Positions 12,449 to 23,563 of a stretch of 30,434 nt of DNA are shown piece by piece. The stretch's first letter is position 1. The number at the start of each line of letters is the position of its first letter. Source of the DNA: Amoeboaphelidium protococcarum X5. Its lineage: Eukaryota > Fungi > Aphelidiomycota. The notes beneath the pieces were generated by a model that did not search any database, was not told the DNA's origin, and saw nothing but the letters and a program-made list of their open reading frames with translations. The position numbers and the translations under genes were made by a program. The stretch lies in NCBI GenBank assembly GCA_023515725.1, contig JALDTO010000128.1, forward strand, positions 1-30,434. Reading direction: 5' to 3'.

Positions 12449-14680
12449 ATGCTCGGTGCTTCGTAATAACAAGAAAGTCCGCAGATTGAACGATCTCCTG
12501 CAGAATCATAAGGTTAATTTTAATCTGGAAACGGTCCTAATGATCTGAATGTGGCTTCCTCAATTTATCATCATGATGATGGGCAAGTAGAATCTAGATT
12601 GTCTCAACCGCTTCCGCAACAACCCACTTACATATTGAATAAGCCGCCTGCTGATGGATAATCGTCTAGTTAGAGTTCTTCTTAATCTGGATCTAATGGG
12701 AATAATGTTGGTAATGGTGGTATTGTTTCAAGTGGATTAGTGACAATTTGCTCTGGAACGCCGACTGGCTCTGGCTCTGTTACCGCTCAGGCGAATCCAT
12801 CAGCTAATAGTCCCAGCATTGGAAGATCCAAGGTTAATCTGAACAAGAATGCTGCGTTTGCCAACTAATTCCTCAGAGATAATCTGGAGTACTGCGAAAG
12901 TGCTCATATTGCCAGGGAGTACTTGTATGACTTATATACCAGCTGTTGTGCCATGAATCAGGTATAGCCTCTAAATAGTGCCTCATTTGGTAAGACTATC
13001 CGAGTAGTGTTCCCCAATGTTGCCACTCGACGACTGGGTACCCGTGGTAACAGCAAGTATCATTATTACGGGATCAAGGAGAAGAATGACCATAACCCAA
13101 TGATTGCCACCAAGCCGCCGTCAAAGAAGAATCGTGGTAGTATTGGAAATGCAGCTTTGGCCATGAAGGGATCTTCTAATAACAGCAATAGTCATGGCAG
13201 CAATGGATCAGGTGTTAAATAGTAAAAGTCGGAGAAGAAACCAGCTGCTAATTAGGTGTTGATCTAGAGGGACGTGCCGAGCGATGAATTCGTGAAGGAT
13301 GTATTGAGATTGCCAGCGATTGACTTTGACAAGGTCATCTTTGATGTCGACGGCCAGGTAGCTTCCGTCTTTATTGAACTGTATCGCTCACATTGCGAGT
13401 ACTTGCTCAAGGTTGGACTGTAGGGAAGATTTGACTAGTTCTCTGCCACAATGATGGACTTTTGGCGATCAGTCTCTCACAATTACCCGGAAGTTCTCCA
13501 GAGTGGCCATATGCAACGTCTTTGCGGTGAATGGGATGCTATGGTATATTAAGCACTTCTGACTGTCTTCCTGCCAGATATTTTGGGTCAAGGTGATCAG
13601 ACAATGTTGACTGGTCTCCGTAACTTTGTAAAGCACATCCCCGCCATGGTCATGGATGTCGCTGTAGACAGTAAGTCGTCTCCGGTCCTGGTAGAGAAGG
13701 CTCGAGTAGCCACGGACTTTAGCAAGATTGTGAAGCAGTACCATCATTTAAATAGTCTCGCATTGAATGTTGGTGTGATAATGTCTCAGCATGATTTGGT
13801 GGCTCGTATGATTATGGTCTGGAATTCGCTGGACTTTAATTCAATTAGTTCTCAGGCGCTGTATATCTGTCCAAACGCCAACGAGGCTCTGAGAATGGCT
13901 AATGCTGAAGTAGGACGGAAGATTGTGGACTAGAGTCACGTATCTCAATGGGCAGAGTGGATATTTACGATGACTGAGCACTTTCTACCTAACGATCATA
14001 GAAGCTTTGAAGAGTACATGTATATTGCGCAGCAGTTCATTATCCGCTGGTCCTATGTGTCTTCATTGATCATTCGCGACATTTGTGATAAGAGCAAGGA
14101 GCTATTCAACTCTTTCCATATGATCCGTCTCTTCTGTGACGAGTACGTCAAGTATCTGATCGATTGTAAGCTGGATGAGAAGCGCCGTCATTTCGACTCT
14201 TTGGTTGTGGCTGAACAGTGGAATGTGTCGAATTCATTACATCACCATGGCGGTCATGATAGTGTACATTCATTCGTAAGTGGTGTCCATCCATTTGATG
14301 CATTTCAGAACGTGTTTGATCCAGCATCTCACAATGACTTTTTTATCAACACTGATTTGGCTCCGACTCCAAGAAATTAGTCTAGTCAGTATGGAAATGT
14401 ATCGTATTCTGCGTCTACCGGATCTCTTAATCAGTTGGCTAATGCAGTTGGCTTTTAGGGATCGATGTATTTTGATCAGGCGGACCAAGATGATCATCAC
14501 GGTCTTTTGCCTCCTATCCAGAGTGCGCTGAATACTAACGAGCACGTTGAAAATGAGAATTAAAATGCGACAGCGGATGTCCGTCAGTCTGCTCCCGTGG
14601 AAGGCAAGGTGGCCAATGAAGAAATTGCTGTGTCTGATGAATAGATTGTTGGCACCAATTAGGACAATGTATAGAATTGA
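12449..14680 (+). CDS. RFX: RFX winged-helix transcription factor with C-terminal dimerization domain (743 aa)
   Basis: DNA-binding domain [37 protein letters not shown]; dimerization region [17 protein letters not shown]...[18 protein letters not shown]; Q/S/N-rich N-terminus; single frame to TGA at 14678-14680. Confidence 0.93.
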
Positions 14681-14884
14681 ATCAGCCTGTGATGATGTGA
14701 GTTTTGTTTGTTTGATTGAATTGTTAAAGTAGATAGTATGATGTTGTTCGTTGCTTATGCTCCATTTCAACGGCTGAGTTTTCATATTGTAGATTTGATA
14801 TCGAACGGCTATTAGAGCTCCAAATTTATTCACACTTAGTAACCACCAAAATCATTCATGAAATACATTCAAAATAACAAAATA

Positions 14885-16738
14885 TCATACATAAACACGC
14901 AGTGAATCAGTAAGCACCCATTCCATGACACGAGCAGGACTGAGCAGTTTGCAATAGTGAACACCACCAGCAGATTTAATAAGGAATTCATGTGCAAACT
15001 TTAGAGACGGAGACCGCACGAGTAGATGAGAGGACTAATCTGCAGACTTTTCTACAATCAATTTCTGTTGCAACGGAGTCCAAATCCATCTTGCGCCATT
15101 CACAAAAGGACCAATGTCTTCTGCAAAGCGGATCTAAATTCCATTCTCAACATACTACATCCAATAATCTCTGAACTACTGAGCGCCAAGTCCTTAATAC
15201 GGTAATCCAACTTCATCCTGCCACAATCTATTAATTATGTTAGTTAACACCGACTCTGATTGCGGTAACAATCCACTTTGATTATTAGTCAGAAGATATT
15301 ACACCAGTTGCATGGAGTGTTGATTCAAATCAGAACATCTACGATTGTCTTCATAATCCAATTCCATAAAAGAGGCAGTCTTATTACCCAATGTAAAGTG
15401 AGCAGATTAACGAGACTTCATCTTTACTTTAATTTCTGATGCAGTATTAGACGGATAAAATGATCGACTCTATAATTAATCTTTCCTCCAGCCTAGTTAT
15501 AGTTTAAAACTGCGTTCACCATCATATAAATTCTAGCTAATACTCTAAAGCATCATGATACAATCCTCATTTCGAGAACCTCTAAATCTACATTACGAAC
15601 TTAGCTATGGCATGTGCGTTGGGAAGTGGATATAAGACTTGTGGAATTCATCGAAGGATAAGAAGGTGATATTACGACTTAAGAGCATAGCGGAGGTATT
15701 ATGATGCTGAGCTACTTGCACGATATGTATAAACTCTGACCACGCGCTTCCCATAAAACATGGGTATCTTCTTCTAACCGATGCAGGATCCACGTCATTG
15801 ATATCGCCGCAAGGAGGTTGGAGATACTTATTACCTTCGAGAAGCATAGTCGTAAGCATGGGAGACATTAATCTAATAGACTAAAGCTATTCTTCAAAAA
15901 ACTCTTGGATTACTGGCACCCGGGTGTTGACATACCGATTTATATAAGGAGCTAGTAAATAAATAGACTCTTCTTGACTAAGCTATGACTTTAAATCATA
16001 ACGATCGAGGTACTATTACAACTTGGACGGATAAACACTTCCAGATGGAGCAAATGATTAATGACTCAGAGAGGGAAGCAAAAGTACGACACGGTTCCCA
16101 TATTTCACCTCTGATACTACCGGCAAGCCATCTTCATAATAACCGCTGATTTCGCGCTAATTCAGCACTGAATGATACAGCTCCTCTACAATACGCATCG
16201 GTCTACACACGCCATCATTCAAGCCTCCAATTACTAAACGTCTGACACCCTGATCGAATGTGCCATTGTTAGTCCACCGATATTGCCTATCCAAAGTTGA
16301 CCCCATCAGTAATAAACCATCAACTGTAACTTACTAGCTGTTGACGCAGCTCTGTATCACCTCGGCGGCTTCTTGACCGTGAGCAGCCACAATTACTTGG
16401 CTGAAACGACGATCGCCGTTCAGAGTTACAAGTTGATCGATCATCTCTTGGATTCGCTAACAGTCAGAGGTGCGGCCGATCCCAACAAAAAGACGAGCAG
16501 ACTATCTGGAGTGAGTTTTATTATACATGGACAGTTGTTAGACTTTGAGACTCAGAGGAACATAGCATGACAGGGGGAACAGAGGATGCGCCAAATGTAG
16601 CAGAGCTTTGGTACTATCAACCGGGATGCGAGACTGAGGTGGTTCAAGTAGAATAGTATCTTCATGCCCAGCACATATTTACTGAATCAATAGCAAAAGG
16701 TATACACTCAAAATCTTATAAAATTTACAGCCAATCAT
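14885..16738 (-). CDS. Putative secreted alpha/beta-hydrolase-fold protein (617 aa)
   Basis: Signal-peptide-like MIGCKFYKILSVYLLLLIQQICAG; VIVAAHGQE (nucleophile-elbow position), LLLMGS, LVIGGLNDGVCR, LPSLSHQSFA; C-terminal GGVHYCKLLSPARVMEWVLTDSL; TGA-free frame ending at 14885-14887. Confidence 0.72.
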
Positions 16739-17175
16739 CTTGAAACAACTAAATGTGGAGCAATGACAATGTCAATGAATGTATAATGGCCAATCCTCAT
16801 CGGATCAGAAAAGAAGTGTGACTCGACTCGATCGTGGGAAACCAAACGGCGCTGAAACAATTCCGAACTTGTTTCACTTCGCGTTTTTCTCTTTTTAGAC
16901 GCGCCACTCTTAGTGAAACAGAATGCATCAGATTCTGCAACCTCATAACGCCATCGACAATGAAATGACCGCCCTTTTCATAGACTACTCATTGGAAACA
17001 AAATACACACGATACCGTAGCGAGTTAGCATCATGTCAACCGACATTACTACTGTAGATCCAATCTTGTGGGAATTTCAGGGGTGGATCAACTGTACACT
17101 AAGGTCAAGGTTGAACTGATGATTCGGTAACACTCCTTAGTGTCATTGCTAAAGAGAAAGAAGCAGACAGTAACA

Positions 17176-17192
17176 AGAGAGAGAGAGAGAGG
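17176..17192 (+). repeat. (GA)n microsatellite in the divergent intergenic region
   Basis: AGAGAGAGAGAGAGAGG run; a (TAA)n/(CAA)n run also lies just before the ATG at 17478. Confidence 0.7.
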
Positions 17193-17477
17193 AAGCGAGC
17201 GAGCGAGAAAACACAAAAGAGAAAACGCGAAAATTTTAATGAAAGCCCCCCTTAGAGAGGCTTTGAGTGATAAAACGATCAAGGTTATCAGACGGCGCTT
17301 GTTCGCGTGGGTGTGTTTCTGTATATATCATTTGTGTATTTTTGAGGCGTCTTGTTAATATTTGCTTATCAGTTGGTCTATCTGTCTGTCTGTCTATATA
17401 TCTATCAGTTTTGTATTATCGCTGTATCTGTGAATTTTGACTGCTCCCGCTGTTGAATAATAATAATAATAACAACA

Positions 17478-19211
17478 ATGTTTGTCGCGTAATAAAGCCA
17501 AGATACGAATTCTGATCAAATCACGGCAACAAAGCGTGGCGAAGCAGAGACTGCGGATCAACATAATTAGAGCGGTGCCACACAGGAGTATGACTTGACG
17601 CGTAAATAATTGCTGGCAACTTCTGCAACGTCTTCCCAGTCTTTACTCTCTGCAGTGTCTTCTGAATTTTGCGGTAATCATGTGGTGGTGGGTGAGTCGC
17701 CTGTAATGCCTGGTCTGGATGGTGCCAGCTAGGCTGGCTCTATTAGTGGTCAGGCTATGGACACTCTTTTGAGTTATCACGGTCCGTACGATAACTATAT
17801 GCTTGAATATCCTGCATCATCTTCTAATGCCTCGTTCACTGCTGATTATACTCCTATGGTGTACTAACAGCATTAATAACAAGTTTATTCAAAGCTTATG
17901 ACTTCTTAGTCGTTAGAGCAATAGTCTGGTAATTAAGGTGACGTTCATGTGAGTAAAGACTTGCCTCAATCCGGCTCACCATCAAATTCTTCTACTACTG
18001 CTTAGCCATCAAGCTCTCCTAGCTATGTGTCACATGATAGTAAGAAAGGCGCTAGCTCCTGTGTTCAACGCGTAGGTCCTAGATTAGAGTTACTGTGCGA
18101 CAATGATTCTGGACTTTTGTGTGATTTGGATTCTAATATGCGCGATTTGGAAATTTAAAATTATCATCAATTTGCCAATTACTCTGTTTATGCTAGTTAT
18201 TCTAATAGGGCTTCTGCTTTGGATTAGGACAATACTGCCGGCGGATATACAGAATATACTGATTCTTCGCTGGGATACTTTGCTTATAGTCCCTATAATA
18301 CATCTTAGCGTCACCATCAAGCATTTTTCGGTCACCGCTTAGATCATGATAGCTTTCATTCAGGGGCGTACTCTAAGAATACATTGTCCACTATTGGGGA
18401 AGAGTCTCCATTTTAGTTACATACCGTCGCTGGTTCGTCTCCGTAATCATACTTTGGTGCAGGCGAAGTATCTCGTGCTGCCGATACTAGTCCTCAGCTG
18501 ATACCTTATGGTCATGGTGTAGATCCAGCGTTGGCATTGCGTGGTGGTATTAAACGACACTCTTCAATGTCCATTCATGACGGTATTAATATGGGTCATA
18601 TATACGGTAATCAGGATGGCAGTCGTGTTGGCCACTTTCATGATCCCATGTATCTCATGCCATAGCATCTTTATCCTGCATCTATGCCTTAATCTCCTGC
18701 TGCTGGCGAAGAAGAAGAATCGACTGATCGTAAGGTAAAAACTTCTCAGGCGGCTAATGGTGGCAAGAAGATTCCCAAGTAGAGACGTCGAAAGTCTACC
18801 AGCGCAGCCAGCCATCCATTCATGAATGTAAAGCTAATCGATGCGCAGTCTTCAGTCAGGAATTCCACCCAAAGTTCTGTATCTGGCGAGGGATCTCCAT
18901 CTGGTCTACTGTCTCCTCCACTTCCGCAGTAATAGCAGTTGTTTGAGTGTACATTCCCTGATTGTGGCAAGACTTTTGGGCGCTTCTATAATCTCAAGTC
19001 TCACATAAAGACTCACACTGGGGAAAAGCCATATCAGTGTGAAGTGCCTGGCTGTGATGCCAAGTTCGCAAGGAGACATGATCTGGCGCGCCATTAGAGA
19101 ATTCATACGAATGAGAAACCATACGCCTGTGAGTCTTGTGGCAAGAGATTTTCGCGCCTGGACGCCTTGAATCGTCATTAGAAGCTGGCTAGCTAATCAG
19201 GATCGTGCTGA
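17478..19211 (+). CDS. C2H2 zinc-finger transcription factor, Swi5/Ace2/Crz1-like (577 aa)
   Basis: S/Q-rich disordered N-terminus, basic KKIPKQRRRKS, then [51 protein letters not shown](TAG=Q)[27 protein letters not shown]; TGA at 19209-19211. Absent from the ORF track in its correct frame. Confidence 0.9.
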
Positions 19212-19348
19212 ATAAGTTGCTTGCTGTTAAAGTTTGATTTTAGTAGTTTTGGAAGAGTAGATGTTATATGGTAGCCGATAGTATGCATTTTTGAAATGTA
19301 ATACACTGCATTGCATTGTAAAACAATATTTTATTACCGACTTTCTAT

Positions 19349-22300
19349 TCATTTCAGTAGTAAAAGTGCAATCTCCCGTCGCAATGCCTTTGTGTCCACA
19401 TTGGCTAGATAAGGATCAAATTAATGCAACAACTCGGATGCCTAATGATACTTGGGATTCTCAGAAAGCTACAACATAAGTTGCATGCTCTCCTGAGTGA
19501 CTTGTCTAAGTTGAGCTGCTGAATGACCCAAATGCTTCATAATCTCCACAATCAAATCACGTCTAAAAGTGTCACAGTACATTTCCAAAAGGCAATAAAT
19601 GCGAACTCCAGTGGCAAGTCTCTACTTGTCTTTCGGCTTATTCGTCAAGTAAGACGTTACAATGTCAAAACACTTTCGCCCATTTTTCAACAAGTAGGAA
19701 TCCAATGTCTAACTTACAATGAGACTGTGCAATGTCTGCAATAATGAATTAGAGAGGCGAGTATTATCAATTTCACTTTGCAGTAGATCCATTAAATCAC
19801 TTGAACATTAATCCAACACCGTGACACCACACCCGGAAAGATACTTTATGAGCATAGATTCTACATTATTGCTATGGCTAGCAGAAAGACTTCCAATGGA
19901 GTAACACAAACCTTTAATCAACTCGGTGCGATATGATTCAGTTGCCAGCATAGTCAACAAATTATAAGTGAACGCGTCTTCATCATCTTACGAACATATT
20001 TCCTTAAGCTACTGCTTCTAATCAAATTTAAGCCATCTGTGATTAGACAGAGTAATTAACGTTTACCTAGCTGTCAATCTCACACTATCAATTCTCTCCA
20101 CAGACAGCCTGATGACTTTTGTAACAATCCATGTCCAATCTAAAGCTCTAATACTCTTGGCAGTGCAGCAGCTCAATGCATCAACAAATCGCGACATTGA
20201 GTGTAATGATTCCAACCTTACCTTTGAGCCAATATCTCCTCTGTGATCTGTAGTGTAATTATCCAGTGTAGAGTTGAGAATATCTTGCAGCAATTCAATA
20301 GTCAGAGATGTAAACAATTTTGAGCATGTGACGGTCGACCAATGACCATTCCATAATTCATAGTATTATTCAGCACAGCAGTTGGTACAGAATCCAAAAA
20401 TCGACTATACGCAAACTTCAAGCAATTCCACCTAATCTCCATTCAGCACCTAATCCAAATACATAAACTTGAAAATTGGTGAAGATAAAGCACTGAAAAT
20501 CTCATCAAAATAATCTTTACATGCAACCTTCTTGTACTTGCAAACTAAAGCAAAGCCCATACGCTCGTTGATGTTAGTGTTAGTATCGTTCAATTTCAGG
20601 TTGTAATCCTCCATCGTCATATAATCGGGATAGAATAATCTTTACCCATACGCTTTAGCACATTATTCTTTTACTTCTCTATTGGGGTGTTACAGCCCAT
20701 ACTGGAGACAATCCCTGAAAATCTATCTCTATTCCGTAGATGGTGGAGGCTGCAAGTTCATAATACTATCGATAAATTGAGACAGAGCTTCAAGGAACAT
20801 TCCACACTCAGAGTCTGTGAAATACGATCTATGCTCATTCAAAAGTCTAACGGGGACAATCAGCAACTAGGCGCCAACTTCTTCAGTGATATAGTATACC
20901 AATTCTTCATTGTCAAACATTTATTACACAATGGCCGCTATCGCAAGGAGGGATCCATGTCTTTCCGCAATTAATGGACTGGATACTTTTTCAAGGAGAT
21001 CCAGCACGGCATGATTGGCCATAATATAGGCGTAGGAGCATGTGAACGAACTTACAGCAACCATGACGTCTCTCCTCACCTACACGTCCCAATGTGTCAC
21101 CATACTCATCATTTTGACATAGAACTACTCTCTAATCTAATCATTCTCCAAAAGTGCCCGATATAATCTCTGGAAGCACTTCTTCCTATCAGAAGTAGAA
21201 TAGAAATTACAGAAATTAATCAAATCGTGTCCAAAGTCAACACCTCCATACCGACCATACAGCTCCTGGAATGCTGCACTAGCGGCTCTTCTAACATTAA
21301 TCTCCCGATCGAATACAGCCACCGAAAACAGATGAGATAGAAGAGTGAGAAGGGTGGCACACATCTACTAATCGTCATCCTTAGCACCCAGCACCGGACA
21401 TCTCTCGAAAGACCAACAGGCATAACACGCAGCATCCCTCACAGCCTATCCCACGTATCTGATGGATTTTAACTTTTCAAAGTGAAGGTATTTTATTAAC
21501 AGTGGAATACATTTCTGGACATGATCAGCAGATTGCAACACTTTGCGACGTACAAGTTCCCCAATGGCTAAACACGCACCTTACATTGTATCGTCATCAT
21601 CTTGCTGAGAGTCGGTAAACAACTGCAGAACCATCTCAATCACTTCAGTTTACATATCTTCTTCACCTTGACCATCATCTTCTTTATTCAGACGAGATGC
21701 AATGGCAGCTATGGCTTTCGCTCCTGTCCATCTCACTATAGTATCGCGGTCACTTAGAGATGTCAAAGCATAATCTAGACTTTATTCAACCAGTTCTTGA
21801 TTAATGTTAGCGTTCACGATGGCAATATCTTTCACTAGCTTTACGCAACCTTTTCTAATCAAATTATTACTTCTGGCTAGATCGGAGGATATTATTTACT
21901 CATTCAGAAGATTGAATAAAAACTGAGAGAACTACAGGGCTTAATCTTACGACGCATACTTGAAAATCAAATGCCAAAATCGCAGCTATCCTAGTATAAG
22001 GTATGTTGAACCAGAGCCAGCATTCAACGTAATATCTTTAAAGCGACAGAGTTGTTCATTTAGCAAATCCAAAGATTTAGTATCATTTTAACGCGATAAC
22101 AAACGAGCTTTAACTTCTGCAGCCAGATTCAACTCTGCAGTGACTGAACGGACAAGACTGAAATCGGCAACTTGAATAATATCCAACATAACATTGGATC
22201 CAAATTTAGCTATATCCAATGGTATGGTCACCATAACCGACATCCACAGCATATATACATAACCAATTTGCCAATTGGAACTTCCATCTGATAGCGATCC

Positions 22301-22669
22301 AATGGACTTTAGTTTAGTCACAAGAGGAACCAAACATGACGCGTCAGTGGGCAAGTATCGACGAACAATCTTGTAACCACGAACTTTACACAAGGCATAG
22401 ACTATTTTACACACAGAAACTAGCTCTGTTTCCTTCTAAAGGCTTTCAATCAAAAAATTATTGACAACAGACATTATCTGATCCATGTGTGGATCCAGCA
22501 AAGTGGGAACACTCTAATACTGATCCAAAATTGTACAGAGCTTATCTTCTACAACTGATTAACTCTTACTTGGGTCTTTAATCAACGATTAAAGCATAGT
22601 TAAGAATTCTTCATGCTCAGTGAAATGCTTCTTAATGCACTCAACTTCACCATTATTGTCACTGCTCAT
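19349..22669 (-). CDS. TBCD: Tubulin-folding cofactor D (about 1106 aa)
   Basis: ILDQY(TAG=Q)SVPTLLDPHM, LCKVRGYKIVRRYLP, VRDAACYACW, AVFDREINVRRAASAAFQE, LDNYTTDHRGDIGSKVR; fragments share one frame; TGA at 19349-19351. Confidence 0.94.
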
Positions 22670-22911
22670 TTTCAATATCGTATTGTGTTGAGTAAGGTAA
22701 CTGCGCGTTAAACTAGAATGATCGGGAAGATGAACAAAAGAGGATTTCTCGCTCTGCTTCTTTTCAATCAATCACCTCTTAAACAAAATCGTTTCGTCAA
22801 AATACGCCACTCTCCTCTCTCCATGCTTAAGCAAAATTCAAGAGAATCAAAAGCGCGAAAGTTTAAATTGTAAATGAAGAGTGAAACAGAAGAAGAAGCT
22901 TGACTTGCTTA

Positions 22912-23541
22912 GAGCATCTCCACCGGTGAGTATCCATAGAAAAGATCATGACAACTCAGATATGGCAATTGCCATATGGATACTCAGTTTCCACACCGGT
23001 TTCGATCTATGGCGACTTAAAAAAGCCATGTTGCTCTATTTGATTGAGCAAACTACACCTCGCGTTGGGTCAATTTTGGCCGCAGATTAAATTCGTCTTA
23101 AATATCATTCATTGAATACCATCGTATCTTACATGCAGTACCTCCTCTGTCTTCAAAACCATTTTCTTTAAAACATTTAAGCCAAGTGAAGTGAACCAGA
23201 TCATATAAATGCTAGAATCTTTATCTGTTCCATTAATAGGATCATTACTAGCATGCACCCAAGCTCTACATAGCCTAGTATCCTCAATGATTCTCCAAAC
23301 CTTCCTAGATAGCATTTTATACTAGAATGCGTCTGTTTCAAACCTGTTTCAAGTAAGGAAAACAAGGCGAAAGAATTTTGGAAAGTCGCCATGCGAAAAG
23401 CCATAGAGGCGAGCTATGGCGACTCGGGATCTAAAATGATCGCCGTTTTGCATTTGGCGACTCCCGGTGGAGATGATTTTAGATCGCTCGCTTTGGATAT
23501 GGCTACAAAACCTCAATAAAACAGTACCGGTGGAGATGCTC
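22912..23541. mobile_element. Non-autonomous PIF/Harbinger DNA transposon (630 bp, deletion derivative)
   Basis: Perfect 16-bp TIRs GAGCATCTCCACCGGT (22912-22927) and ACCGGTGGAGATGCTC (23526-23541), flanked by TTA at 22909-22911 and 23542-23544; carries a Myb/SANT-like remnant; no transposase visible. Confidence 0.92.
23045..23315 (-). pseudogene. Frameshifted Harbinger Myb/SANT-like ORF fragment (left boundary approximate)
   Basis: WRIIEDTRLCRAWVHASNDPINGTD matches the W..EED..LC.AW...S.D...G.DQ pattern; after a frameshift near 23203 it continues DRGGTACKIRWYSMN. Confidence 0.75.
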
Positions 23542-23563
23542 TTAGTACAACAACTTAAAATTA

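Noticed and set aside
14689-14777. Possible box C/D snoRNA (GTGATGA...CTGA) after the RFX stop
   Set aside because: No proper terminal stem outside the boxes and no recognisable rRNA guide.
14270-14833. 187-aa minus-strand ORF
   Set aside because: Antisense shadow of the RFX 3' end.
18090-19178. Several 65-90 aa ORFs on both strands
   Set aside because: Off-frame or antisense shadows of the zinc-finger gene.
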